A DNA stretch of 64,000 nucleotides, taken from IMG/VR virus record IMGVR_UViG_3300046522_000316, positions 192,001 to 256,000 of that record. One strand, 5' to 3'. How positions within the stretch are numbered: position 1 is the first letter of the stretch; every line of letters starts with the position of its first letter. Below the pieces are notes generated by a model. It was given only the letters and a program-made list of their open reading frames with translations. It was not told where the DNA came from and did not search any database. The position numbers and the translations under genes were made by a program. This document shows, piece after piece, positions 27,753 through 37,070 of this stretch. The DNA comes from a virus. Lineage: Duplodnaviria > Caudoviricetes.

Positions 27753-28597
27753 GCAAACTCCCCTGTACCCGCCATTTTCAATTCAGCAGTTTTCTTTTTG
27801 ATGTATTCGAAGAATTCTTCGGTGGTGATTGCACGACGCAGCTTGATTTCCGTGTAATGCATCGGTTCCGGATAATCCTTCACCAGTTCGTTCAGGTCGG
27901 CGTTTTCCGTCGAGAACCGTTGCACGTTTGCCACGCGGTCGATAACGCTGGTCACGCCATGGGTGAACATGAACGGCACGAAATCTTCGTGAGATTTGAA
28001 CGTGATAATGGATTTGCCTTTGAACACAATGCGTTCGTCGTTGCTCGGCCAGAACTGGTGCGACCGCGAACCTTGCAGAATTTTGATTACTTCGTCAGCG
28101 GTTTCTACGTCGTAATCTTCGAACTGGAGGTTCAACGAGGTTTTGTTTGCTGCCCCGGCATACGCCAGATAAAACAGCGGCTCGGCCTTGTATGCATTCG
28201 TGTAGAAATTGCAGACGTGCGTATCAACTTCGTCGCGTTTCCAGAAACCGATTACGCCGAGTTGTTTTGCACGCGCCAACACATCAGCACGCAGACTGTC
28301 GTAGGCCACCACGGACGCAGCACGCAGCGCCATTTCTTGTTCGATATAGGCCACAATTTCTTCAGCTGGCGTTTCTTGTGGCACCATCGAAAAGTTTTTG
28401 TAAGTGACGATATCAACCGTGATTTCATCGGCTGCAATTCGCACGCATGCGTTGTCGTCGTTTTTCACTTCGTAAAGCATGTCGTCATCGTCAGACCATT
28501 CGGCGCGGACGAACTTGTTTTTCTTCAGGCACGCAGTGAGTGCAGGACGACGGAGGGGTTTCAATTTCTTAGCCATTTTTCTTGCACTCACTTGCAC
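27749..28597 (-). CDS. Hypothetical protein
   Basis: ORF track; start uncertain. Confidence 0.65.
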   Translation of the reverse strand: MQVSARKMAKKLKPLRRPALTACLKKNKFVRAEWSDDDDMLYEVKNDDNACVRIAADEITVDIVTYKNFSMVPQETPAEEIVAYIEQEMALRAASVVAYDSLRADVLARAKQLGVIGFWKRDEVDTHVCNFYTNAYKAEPLFYLAYAGAANKTSLNLQFEDYDVETADEVIKILQGSRSHQFWPSNDERIVFKGKSIITFKSHEDFVPFMFTHGVTSVIDRVANVQRFSTENADLNELVKDYPEPMHYTEIKLRRAITTEEFFEYIKKKTAELKMAGTGEFA

Positions 28598-29139
28598 ATG
28601 GTTTTGTAGGAAACGGTAGCGGCGTTTTTGCCGTTATCCATAAAGAACGAATACGATTCTGCACTTTCGATACGCGGATTCCAGCGCTTGCTGTCTCCCA
28701 TTTCTTGTTTCTTGCTGGTGCCATCCGGCATGTGGGCCAGAATGGTGATATCGGAATCGGAAGGGTCGATACGCGTTTCTTCTTTTTGCTCAGCAGTATC
28801 GTAAAACTTCCAACCGAGAACCGTGTAGTAGCGATAGGAATAATCGCGGGTGCCTTTCACCGTCCGTTCACCGACTTTGAAAATGCATTGCGACTGGTGC
28901 GAACCGTAGCGATCCCAATCCTGCACAATGTTCGCCCGGTACGTCCAACCCACGGCGCCCGCCAGACCAATTAACCCAAGCAACGCCAGCAGAAAATACA
29001 GACGGAAAACCCATTTCGACCAACGCGCTTTGCGGTCGTACTTCGCTTTGTCTTCGCGATCATTCTGGATAATTTCATCAAGCGCTTGCTCTGCGCGCTC
29101 GGCTGCTTCTGCGTTCAGGTTTTCGTTCAATTGAGTCAT
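28588..29139 (-). CDS. Single-pass membrane protein
   Basis: ggggaaga RBS; TM segment LYFLLALLGLIGLAGAVGW. Confidence 0.65.
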   Translation of the reverse strand: MTQLNENLNAEAAERAEQALDEIIQNDREDKAKYDRKARWSKWVFRLYFLLALLGLIGLAGAVGWTYRANIVQDWDRYGSHQSQCIFKVGERTVKGTRDYSYRYYTVLGWKFYDTAEQKEETRIDPSDSDITILAHMPDGTSKKQEMGDSKRWNPRIESAESYSFFMDNGKNAATVSYKTMCK

Positions 29140-29181
29140 GTCGATTTCTTCCCCTGTAAAATGAGTGTTCACGGTTAGCCC

Positions 29182-29727
29182 TTAATACTTTTCTGCAAAG
29201 AATGCGATCTTTGCACGGTGCTTTTCGAACAACACCGGGTCAACCGTGTGAACCAGATCCGTGTCCTGAAAAACTTGGGTCTTATCGCATACGAACTTGC
29301 AGCGATTCACCGCCGCAACGTCAGCTGCGCGTGCCCAGTTCAACATCATTTGCACCCGCGTCAAATTCATCAGCGGATGCGTGTACGCCACGTGATAAAC
29401 ATTTCGTACATCGCGTGGAATATGGTTGTAGAGAATCGCCTGACTGGTTCCCTCTACCCAAAACAAATTCGTGGGTTGTTCCATGAATACACGTTGCGTC
29501 AACCACTTCTGTTTTAACACCAGAATTTTCTTGCGCAATTTATGGGTGTATTCCACCACCGCACTGTCACGACCGATAGTAGCCCCATCGACCAACTTTC
29601 TAAGTATCATGCTGGTTTCAGTCATGATAACCCCTTTGCGCGCACAGGCCTTTGCGGTCTTTTTGTTTTCACGCAGGCCGTTAAGCTCCACGGTGAACAA
29701 CAGTGCGCTATCAGTGGTTTCGAACAT
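29182..29727 (-). CDS. Hypothetical protein
   Basis: aagga RBS. Confidence 0.65.
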   Translation of the reverse strand: MFETTDSALLFTVELNGLRENKKTAKACARKGVIMTETSMILRKLVDGATIGRDSAVVEYTHKLRKKILVLKQKWLTQRVFMEQPTNLFWVEGTSQAILYNHIPRDVRNVYHVAYTHPLMNLTRVQMMLNWARAADVAAVNRCKFVCDKTQVFQDTDLVHTVDPVLFEKHRAKIAFFAEKY

Positions 29728-29750
29728 CGGGATTTTCCTTGTACCCTTGA

Positions 29751-30128
29751 TTATATTTTGCGGCCCACAGTCGTCGGGTCTACGTCATCAGTCAAATACT
29801 GATAAGGCCCCTTCGAATAATGTGGCGCAATACGCTTTTTCTTTTTCTCGGTTTCTTCTTGTGCAATCCGTTCACGCGCCTCCCAGTCGTGCCCCTCTTC
29901 GAGAAAAATTCCTTCCTCGGTCACGGTGATCGACGGCGCGCTCGGGATATGTTTTACATCGCTGGTTCGGTAGTTAACCAAAAGGGATGATCCGTCATCC
30001 TTTTTCTTTTTGTCTTTCGGTAACGAACCATCAGGCAGACGGCCCACTTGTTTTGCAAGCTTCGCCAATTCTGCCTGTTCCCGCGCTTGCTTTTGTTTTC
30101 GCTGCTGTTGCTGTTTGCGGGTCAGCAT
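29751..30128 (-). CDS. Conserved basic phage protein
   Basis: KKKRIAPHYSKGPYQY C-terminal motif; start moved to MLTRK (gagga RBS). Confidence 0.65.
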   Translation of the reverse strand: MLTRKQQQQRKQKQAREQAELAKLAKQVGRLPDGSLPKDKKKKDDGSSLLVNYRTSDVKHIPSAPSITVTEEGIFLEEGHDWEARERIAQEETEKKKKRIAPHYSKGPYQYLTDDVDPTTVGRKI

Positions 30129-30132
30129 CGGA

Positions 30133-30516
30133 TTATTCCTCTTTCTGTTCCTGTTCCGATTCAGGCTCAACGACAGCGGGTTCACCGACTGGAACACTGG
30201 CGAAAGAATCTTTCACCGCTTCCATTTGTTCCGGTTCGATTTCCTGCGGGGCGCTCAGGTTGTTGAAACCGATTTGCGGATTTTCTTCACCGATGTAATC
30301 GGCGGCGCGCATCAGGATTTCATCCTTCAGGCCACGGCTACCGTATTCACGACCGTTGATGATTTGGGTCAGCTGGCAGGACAGAAACATGTTCTGCACT
30401 ACGCCCACACCAGCAGCAACAATCGGCCACGGGAATTGAACCTGATTCAGATCCACGTCGTTACCGAACATCATCGGCACTTCGGTTTCGTTGATTTTTA
30501 CGATTACATATTTCAT
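30133..30516 (-). CDS. Hypothetical protein, distant paralog of 21535-21867
   Basis: MKYVIV...EVPMMF...AAG...SR...D. Confidence 0.6.
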   Translation of the reverse strand: MKYVIVKINETEVPMMFGNDVDLNQVQFPWPIVAAGVGVVQNMFLSCQLTQIINGREYGSRGLKDEILMRAADYIGEENPQIGFNNLSAPQEIEPEQMEAVKDSFASVPVGEPAVVEPESEQEQKEE

Positions 30517-30525
30517 GATTTGTTC

Positions 30526-30756
30526 TCAGTGGTGAACTGCGTTTTCCAGAAGATCAGTAATGTCGTCGTAACTGATCAGTGCTTTGTTTTGTTCGATGTT
30601 GAAAGATCCTTCGCTAACCGTTGCGACAATTTCGAAATCGCCGGAAAGTTCGCGTGGAACTGCTGCAACATAGAACTGGCCGTAGCGATGGATATCGCTG
30701 GCTCGCACAGCGGCAAAGCTGTCTTTGTTTCGTGATGCGTAAACCCGAAGGGACAT
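30526..30756 (-). CDS. Hypothetical protein
   Basis: ggag RBS. Confidence 0.6.
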   Translation of the reverse strand: MSLRVYASRNKDSFAAVRASDIHRYGQFYVAAVPRELSGDFEIVATVSEGSFNIEQNKALISYDDITDLLENAVHH

Positions 30757-30840
30757 AGCAATTTCTCCAAACTAGATCGTCGTCTCATAGATTCCCCTTT
30801 TTTGTTGTGGCTCGGTAAATGTCCCGTGCCGAATGTTGTG

Positions 30841-31293
30841 TTACACGGCTTTCGCTTTTTTGATTTTAGGCAACGGTGCCTGCGTGTCGCTGATCCGGGT
30901 GTACAAATTCCCCTTGGCCGTGCGCTCACAAATAAATTCGTTGTGGTCGCGTACCCACTGCGCAAACGCAGAATGCCAAGCACTGGAAATTTTCAGGGAC
31001 GATAGGCCTTTGTGCGAATGCAGACGGATCATCAAATCGTACAGGTTAAACCGTATACCGATTTTCAGTTTGCGTGCATAAGGAACCAGCGCATCCCACG
31101 TCAAGCTGGCAGTATCAACCGGCTGGCGTTCCTCTTCGCAACAAACGTTCAGGTGCTGTTGCAAAATGCATTCAACGACCTGTTCCAAAGAACGCCCGGA
31201 ACTTTCCGCACATTCGTGAAGCGAACGTACCACACGCGGATCAAGATCCAACGACAGATTTACCGACGTTAATTCCATTTCTTGCCCACTCAT
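30841..31293 (-). CDS. RHH/CopG-like plus DUF1413-like DNA-binding protein
   Basis: LSLDLDPRVVRSLHECAESSGRSLEQVV; G.RFNLYDL. Confidence 0.6.
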   Translation of the reverse strand: MSGQEMELTSVNLSLDLDPRVVRSLHECAESSGRSLEQVVECILQQHLNVCCEEERQPVDTASLTWDALVPYARKLKIGIRFNLYDLMIRLHSHKGLSSLKISSAWHSAFAQWVRDHNEFICERTAKGNLYTRISDTQAPLPKIKKAKAV

Positions 31294-31386
31294 TTTTATT
31301 GCCCCGTTTTTACAGCTGATCCCACTGTGCAAACAGCCGATCCATTTCACCGTTGTGGTTGCCCATGGGCACAGCGGCGCGTTGTT

Positions 31387-31578
31387 TTACGGTTCCTGCT
31401 GCCAATCGGCTTCGATCAGCTGCACTTTGAAGTTGCGCGCCAGTATTCGGCTTTCCGCCAAGGTGAATTGTCGGGCGCGTAGTCTGCTTTTGCATGTGTA
31501 AACCTTGTCTTCGGTAATCTTGAAAATGTAGGAGCCTTCTGAAAGCCTCGCTACATATTTACAGTTTTTGTTGTCCAT
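31387..31578 (-). CDS. Small hypothetical protein
   Basis: 63 aa; start uncertain because the recurring motif lies in its first codons. Confidence 0.45.
   Translation of the reverse strand: MDNKNCKYVARLSEGSYIFKITEDKVYTCKSRLRARQFTLAESRILARNFKVQLIEADWQQEP
31555..31569 (-). promoter_or_regulatory. AAAAACTGTAAATAT motif
   Basis: Overlaps the K-L-stop end of 31559-31837. Confidence 0.55.
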
Positions 31579-31837
31579 GTTTGCGCACCTTGTGTGCCCA
31601 CAACAACAGCCCCAGCAACGCCACTTGACCGGCCACTGAAATAATCTGAATCATCACGACCAGCCAGCGCTGCGTTGAACCTGCAATCGACAGGTCGTAG
31701 GCCTTGCCGAAAAAGAAATTGCACAGGCCCAAGCACACAACCATGATCGCAATTGCCAGTCGGTTAGACCAGACGGCCCGCGCTTTGCTCTGACGTTCTT
31801 TTTCACGGCGTTGAAGTTCACGATTTAAATCAACCAT
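31559..31837 (-). CDS. Two-TM membrane protein
   Basis: Two hydrophobic segments. Confidence 0.6.
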   Translation of the reverse strand: MVDLNRELQRREKERQSKARAVWSNRLAIAIMVVCLGLCNFFFGKAYDLSIAGSTQRWLVVMIQIISVAGQVALLGLLLWAHKVRKHGQQKL

Positions 31838-32495
31838 TCTTCAGAGCCTCGATGCATGCGATACGTGCGTCAAGCGTGCGCTGCCAGATATGTTCCCCGG
31901 CCTGCGAATGCATAACGGAACTTTTCAGAAAATCAATTTGCATCGGAATGGCATCAATCGGAATGACGCCCATTTCTTCGCACAGGTCGAACATCACATA
32001 TTGGATGCAGTGAGGTTCCATGCTTTCCATCAGGTCAGCATCGCGCAGACAACATTCCAAAATGCTGTTCGGTTCAATTGGAAATGCCATGTCGCGGAAT
32101 TCCGTGCAGCGAATTGCACGTTCGATCAAACCAATTCCAGCCGGGCCGAAATAGTCATGAACGCATTCAGCGGCGCGCAGACCAGAAACAGCGATTTCGA
32201 TATTGTTGATATCAGGGCCTTTGCCGGTGTGACCGAAATCGTGAAACAGTGCAGCGCAAATGCCGCGTGCGTAGTCCTGCTTCAAACGCCAGCCACTGGC
32301 AGTCATCAGTTCAACGAAACGCAGCGCCACGCGGATACAGTGATCAACGTTGTGGTAAGCGTTGCCGGTATCGAACTGCGCTTTTTGCACGTACCGAAAA
32401 ATCGTAGCCAAACCGTATTCTTCGGTAATTGCTTCGATCATTGCCAGCCGGTAAGTGGCTGCAACGTCCAACTGCATTTTATCCAAAAGACTCAT
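31830..32495 (-). CDS. HD-domain metal-dependent phosphohydrolase
   Basis: YHNVDH...ALFHDFGHTG...DADL. Confidence 0.85.
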   Translation of the reverse strand: MSLLDKMQLDVAATYRLAMIEAITEEYGLATIFRYVQKAQFDTGNAYHNVDHCIRVALRFVELMTASGWRLKQDYARGICAALFHDFGHTGKGPDINNIEIAVSGLRAAECVHDYFGPAGIGLIERAIRCTEFRDMAFPIEPNSILECCLRDADLMESMEPHCIQYVMFDLCEEMGVIPIDAIPMQIDFLKSSVMHSQAGEHIWQRTLDARIACIEALKNG

Positions 32496-32929
32496 GGGAA
32501 AACTCCGATGTTTGAAAGCGTGCCAAAGATGCCACCGATCAATGCGGCGAACACCATGTAACCGACAGAACGCCAGCCGTTAATTTCTTGCAGCGCCAAT
32601 TTCCAGCGGTATTTCTGCGTCAGGAAAACCCCGTCTTCGATTTCCGGCAAATAACCGGTTTGTTCGAAGTGTTTCAACATGGGCAGCAGACGCTTTACCT
32701 GCCCTTGCGTCAAATGCATGCGTGTGTCGCTGTGAACTTCGAGGCCTTCAGGAAACTTGAACGGCACCCAACCTTCACCCGGCACGCAGTAGCGCGTATT
32801 CGATTCGTTCACGCCGAACCAGATTGCGCCCTCGGTTGCGAGACTGCTTTCCTGCAAAGAACATTCGATGCCGTAGCGGTCGGTAAAGTCCAGCAGAGAA
32901 AAACCGCGCTGATTTACGTTTGCGATCAT
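32492..32929 (-). CDS. Conserved phage hypothetical protein with C-terminal TM
   Basis: RGF...FTDRYG..CSLQESSLA....IWFG...RMHLT..QV..LLP.L.HF..TG.L. Confidence 0.7.
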   Translation of the reverse strand: MIANVNQRGFSLLDFTDRYGIECSLQESSLATEGAIWFGVNESNTRYCVPGEGWVPFKFPEGLEVHSDTRMHLTQGQVKRLLPMLKHFEQTGYLPEIEDGVFLTQKYRWKLALQEINGWRSVGYMVFAALIGGIFGTLSNIGVFP

Positions 32930-33195
32930 TTTTCGTTTCCTGTATTCAAAACTTTCGGCTCGACACTTTCGAAAGGATTCGGTGACGTACTATCAACAAT
33001 ATCGACAGCGATTCGTGCGCAGGCATTGCCGTCGAGGATCTTGATGATTTCCGTCGAGTAGGCCCGGCGTGCTTTGTTCCAGCCTTCCTGCCATTCCTTA
33101 CGCGGCACATCGTCAAACGCCTGCGGATACACGCCGAGGTTAATGCTCAGGATTTTGTGCAACGTTTCCGCCAGCTGCTTTTCAACCTCAGTCAT
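32926..33195 (-). CDS. Hypothetical protein
   Basis: ORF track; coupled. Confidence 0.6.
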   Translation of the reverse strand: MTEVEKQLAETLHKILSINLGVYPQAFDDVPRKEWQEGWNKARRAYSTEIIKILDGNACARIAVDIVDSTSPNPFESVEPKVLNTGNEK

Positions 33196-33365
33196 TTTTT
33201 AATCTCCACCTTGACCGTGATATCCAGATAGACCAGAAACGCGATGAAACAGAAACGGGTAATTGCGTCGTTGTACTTGTGTTTGTAAATGTCCGTGATC
33301 AGCATGACGATCAGGCCGATAAGCACAACCCATTTCACAAACTTGATGCTGACTTTAGGAAGCAT
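33192..33365 (-). CDS. Small membrane protein
   Basis: Two short hydrophobic segments; start moved to MLPKVS. Confidence 0.5.
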   Translation of the reverse strand: MLPKVSIKFVKWVVLIGLIVMLITDIYKHKYNDAITRFCFIAFLVYLDITVKVEIKK

Positions 33366-33930
33366 TCTGTTCTTCCAGCCGCTGCTCGATCCGGTCTTCT
33401 GCTGCGCGTTCTTCAGCGAGTTCGCGTTCCAGAATTTCGTCACGTTTTTTCTGGAATTCTGCACGCCACTTTTTCATGATCTTGCCCCGCGAACCTTCCA
33501 GATCATTTACCACGATCAGGCCGGGGCCAACCATACGCCGCATTTTGCGAACTACGGCCTTCAGGTCAAACGACCATTCCCGATACATGCCCTCGACTTC
33601 ACCCAACAATTCCGGATCGCGAACTTCCAAAACATATTGGTACTGAATGCGCATGTGACGACCGCGCTTTTTCTGTTCGTCGATGTAGTGCCGGGCGCTG
33701 TTGTAGTTGCCAGCTTGCCACGCGCACGGTGTGGAATAACCGCCGTTGTCCCATTCCTGAATTTCGAAACCTTCGATGCGTAGCACGGCATCACAATCGC
33801 GAAACAGCGGGCGATATTTCGGATTGATTTGAATGTGGTTGCGCTTCCACCGCCGCATGATCCAACTGCCGTAAATCGGATGGTCAGGCGACACACCCGA
33901 AAACTCGCAAACCTTTTCAATTCCCGCCAT
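33355..33930 (-). CDS. Conserved phage hypothetical protein
   Basis: MAGIEKVCEFSG...KRNHIQI.PKYR.LFR motif. Confidence 0.7.
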   Translation of the reverse strand: MAGIEKVCEFSGVSPDHPIYGSWIMRRWKRNHIQINPKYRPLFRDCDAVLRIEGFEIQEWDNGGYSTPCAWQAGNYNSARHYIDEQKKRGRHMRIQYQYVLEVRDPELLGEVEGMYREWSFDLKAVVRKMRRMVGPGLIVVNDLEGSRGKIMKKWRAEFQKKRDEILERELAEERAAEDRIEQRLEEQNAS

Positions 33931-34360
33931 TGAATTTCTTCCTGATAAAATAAATTTCACCGCCCACCATCCAGCCACCGACGATGAACGTAATCACCAG
34001 ACCGAGGCCACCGATCAACTTGTAGAAAAACCCTATCGACGTTTGTTCACGCTTGTCGATGCTGTACGGCCACAAAACCTCAATCGGTTTATTTCCTTCA
34101 CGCTCGAATTGGCGGTACAGGCTGTCACCGATGCTATCGCTGAATTTCAGGCCGGTTTCTTTATCTACAAAATACCCGTAGGTGTTGTAGTAGTGCTGTG
34201 CTTTGACCTGCGAGTGTTGCGCGTTGGTGTCGATCATGCGCGCACTACGCATAACTTTTTCTTCGCGTTGCTGGCCGACCTTGTAAAGCTCGACGCTGCC
34301 CCAACCCAACAACCCAACACCAACGATAATTGCCCATGCTTTAATTCGCTGACGCATCAC
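33917..34360 (-). CDS. Membrane protein (N- and C-terminal TM)
   Basis: GTG overlaps the upstream TGA; gggga RBS. Confidence 0.6.
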   Translation of the reverse strand: MMRQRIKAWAIIVGVGLLGWGSVELYKVGQQREEKVMRSARMIDTNAQHSQVKAQHYYNTYGYFVDKETGLKFSDSIGDSLYRQFEREGNKPIEVLWPYSIDKREQTSIGFFYKLIGGLGLVITFIVGGWMVGGEIYFIRKKFNGGN

Positions 34361-35388
34361 ATGAAATCCCCGTACTTGGCTTTCCATTCCGCGTCTTCTT
34401 TTGCGCGAACTTTTTCACGCAATTCTGCACGCTCTTTCTTTTCGTAAGCGGCGCCGATTTCTTCCAGCTGGCGTGCAACCCACTTGCGCCCATTCTTCTC
34501 GCGCTTGACCAGATAGTTCACAGCGTCTTTATGCTTGAACTTTTTCCGGGCCTTTTCGTACAACTGCGTAAGCCGGTCGGTTGGGTTATACAGATACTGC
34601 ATATCGCCCACGCGATCATACAGGAAATACGGGCGCCCTTTGCTCTTTGGCATATCAACAACAAAACCATCGACGTGACGTTTCAGGCGTTCGAACGTGC
34701 CTTCCAAATCCCAATCGGCTTCGAGGTCGATATAAATCTTTCCATCCTGTGCTTCAGCAAATGCCTTCAGCCACAATTCAGAATTCGTTGCTTGGATAGG
34801 CCAGTTGCGATTTGCCTTTGCGCGAATTTCCATCGGTACGTGCATCGGCTGGTTGTACCAACTGCCCAAAGGAATTCCACCGTTCAACATTGTGTTGAGC
34901 GAACTAAGCCCGGTCAGGATTGGAACGTTGGATTTACGGTGGCCTTTGTACTGCGGAATACTATCTGCGAAACGCTTCGCCATTTCCGCAAGACTTTCAT
35001 GCTGGTGTTCCTTTGGTTCCCACGCCTCGAAATGGCCACCGGGGCTAACGCTAACCACTTCGTCCAACATGCCCGGATAATTCATGTACCCGTGCATCCC
35101 CATTTTTTCACCGGCTTCCCACATGCGCCGCATCACTTCGGTTTTTCCGCCGCCCTTTGGAAGGTTGGCGCCGATTGTGCCACCGCTGCAACTCCAGCGC
35201 TTACTGGTGATGCTGCTCAACTGCCAAGGCCACAGGCGCGGCTTTGCGGCGAACGTGAATTGACGCGGGCCGTGTACAACCATGTCGCGCATTTCACGCC
35301 ACGCAATAGCGGTTTGTTTATCGCTCTTCGGATCTTTGCCCAGCAGGCCGACGTAATCCGTTGGTGCGTGTTCAGGCCGATTGTTCAT
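34357..35388 (-). CDS. Hypothetical protein with helicase-like Q-motif/Walker A remnant
   Basis: LWPWQ...LPKGGGKT; no DExH motif seen. Confidence 0.6.
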   Translation of the reverse strand: MNNRPEHAPTDYVGLLGKDPKSDKQTAIAWREMRDMVVHGPRQFTFAAKPRLWPWQLSSITSKRWSCSGGTIGANLPKGGGKTEVMRRMWEAGEKMGMHGYMNYPGMLDEVVSVSPGGHFEAWEPKEHQHESLAEMAKRFADSIPQYKGHRKSNVPILTGLSSLNTMLNGGIPLGSWYNQPMHVPMEIRAKANRNWPIQATNSELWLKAFAEAQDGKIYIDLEADWDLEGTFERLKRHVDGFVVDMPKSKGRPYFLYDRVGDMQYLYNPTDRLTQLYEKARKKFKHKDAVNYLVKREKNGRKWVARQLEEIGAAYEKKERAELREKVRAKEDAEWKAKYGDFM

Positions 35389-35560
35389 CGTTCTTCCTTC
35401 GCTTGATTTCCAGCACAGCAGCCGAAACTAATTTCGCCCTGCTTTTCGGTTTTAAATGGCGGTACTCTTCGTTCAAACTTTTAACGATTTGATCCGCCGA
35501 CATTCCTTTGGCTAGCCGCACCAACATGAGGTCTACGGCTACGTCGATTTCTGTACGCAT
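35372..35560 (-). CDS. Small hypothetical protein
   Basis: Start moved to MRTEID, just after the upstream stop. Confidence 0.5.
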   Translation of the reverse strand: MRTEIDVAVDLMLVRLAKGMSADQIVKSLNEEYRHLKPKSRAKLVSAAVLEIKRRKNDEQSA

Positions 35561-35562
35561 TT

Positions 35563-35967
35563 TCAGGCCCGCAATTGACGCAGGCGGTTCACACCACGGC
35601 GGAAAGTATCGGTGTAGAACTCGACACGGTAAGGACGTTCCATAACCGTGAAGGCGTCGTAGAAGTCGATAGCCGGGCCGTCTTCGTCGCACTGCATCGG
35701 CAACGAAATGTACGGGCACTGGTCGAGGCGCTGACCGATCTTGGCAGCAACGGCTTTTTCGATTTCACGAATTGCGATTTCGACCATTTCTTCCATCGAA
35801 TCGCTTTTGTGTTTACCACCGTCAAACCAGAAGGTGTACACGCCGTTGCTGGTATCGAAAGACAGATAGCCTTCAGCTTGTGGCGGGAACGTAGCGGCGA
35901 ACAAGGTAGGCACAACCTCAATAAAGAATTGGCCGGGGAATTTCAACAAGGATTGTGTAGGAATCAT
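35563..35967 (-). CDS. Hypothetical protein
   Basis: Start moved to MIPTQ. Confidence 0.6.
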   Translation of the reverse strand: MIPTQSLLKFPGQFFIEVVPTLFAATFPPQAEGYLSFDTSNGVYTFWFDGGKHKSDSMEEMVEIAIREIEKAVAAKIGQRLDQCPYISLPMQCDEDGPAIDFYDAFTVMERPYRVEFYTDTFRRGVNRLRQLRA

Positions 35968-35974
35968 TTGGCTC

Positions 35975-36490
35975 TCACTTTTCGTTGTATTCGCGTGTAC
36001 GTTTTTTGATGTGTTCACGACTCAATTTCCAAATGTCTTGGTCACGCATTGAGTCACGGAATTCGGTGGTCATCAGGCCGTACATATCCGAGCCTTGACC
36101 TTTGCTATTTACTGCCCAGTCCGAATTGCCTTCCATCACGTGCGACAGGCGCCCGGTGGTTTGCATAAGTGCGTGCAGGCGTCCGGGGTTTTGCAAATAC
36201 GCTTCACGGATTGCAATGCGCATTGTGTCGATGCGTTTGGTCTGGTGGTCTTCGCGCTTTTTGCCACCGGCTTTTTTCGAGCCGTGGAATTTCGCTTTGT
36301 ACGGACAGTATGCGTCGAGAATCTTTGTGCGCAATGCTTTTTCAGAAACATCCAGCGAATAAAACTGGTACATCTGTTCGATGGATTTGAACAGGCGTTT
36401 CTTGTAGTAGAACGGTGAAGGCCACATGGCGCTCCACATCGGATTTTCATACGAGTTAAACGGTGTGGTCTTTACTGCTTTCTTCGCCAT
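35975..36490 (-). CDS. NADAR (YbiA-like) family protein
   Basis: WPSPF...FKSIEQMYQ...AK..G...MR.AIR..Y.QNP...L..T......EGNSDW...G.G..M.G. Confidence 0.8.
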   Translation of the reverse strand: MAKKAVKTTPFNSYENPMWSAMWPSPFYYKKRLFKSIEQMYQFYSLDVSEKALRTKILDAYCPYKAKFHGSKKAGGKKREDHQTKRIDTMRIAIREAYLQNPGRLHALMQTTGRLSHVMEGNSDWAVNSKGQGSDMYGLMTTEFRDSMRDQDIWKLSREHIKKRTREYNEK

Positions 36491-36806
36491 TCTCTTCAAC
36501 TGCCTTTTCGATAGCGTTAAGTAATTTCTGACGGCCTTGTGGGCTGCTCTGAACAATGTTGCCGGTGTGCAGATCAATCAGCGTACCGGGCGGGTGATTC
36601 TTCAAAATCTTTTTGGCCTGTGCATCGCTGATCGTGCAACGATTTTCCTGCATAAACTTTGCAGCTTCGTCTTTCACCGAAACCCACACGGTGCCCAGTG
36701 GTTCGATGTGAGGCGAAACCGGTTTCTCTCCAACCACGAAACGAATGCGCGCCGTAGCAAACGGCCACTTGGAAAGATCCGGGCCTTCCTCATGAATTTT
36801 AATCAT
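36456..36806 (-). CDS. Hypothetical protein
   Basis: ORF track. Confidence 0.6.
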   Translation of the reverse strand: MIKIHEEGPDLSKWPFATARIRFVVGEKPVSPHIEPLGTVWVSVKDEAAKFMQENRCTISDAQAKKILKNHPPGTLIDLHTGNIVQSSPQGRQKLLNAIEKAVEENGEESSKDHTV

Positions 36807-37051
36807 CGCGTTTTCCTGCTGACAATTTCGATCAAAACAAATTCGTGGTCGTCATACCAACCGTCCAGCCACTGATCCAATTTCTGGTAGGCCTGATCAC
36901 GGTCGGTGAAAAACGATTGGTTGATGTGGTTGCGATTTAATTCCTCGCGATGCACACCGCCTTCGAATTCTACTTCGAATGGGTCAACCAATTTACCGTC
37001 TTGCCAAACACGCCAGACGTATTCCGCTTTTATGTTTGAGAAATAACGCAT
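36803..37051 (-). CDS. Hypothetical protein
   Basis: ORF track. Confidence 0.55.
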   Translation of the reverse strand: MRYFSNIKAEYVWRVWQDGKLVDPFEVEFEGGVHREELNRNHINQSFFTDRDQAYQKLDQWLDGWYDDHEFVLIEIVSRKTR

Positions 37052-37070
37052 CTTTCATTGTCCCTAAGTT

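Noticed and set aside
29751-29780. TATAAT on the minus strand upstream of 29182-29727
   Set aside because: No plausible -35 element at 16-18 nt; not called as a promoter
30090-30170. Short ctgttg/cctgtt microrepeats
   Set aside because: They encode a poly-Gln/Lys stretch and an A/G-rich leader; low complexity only
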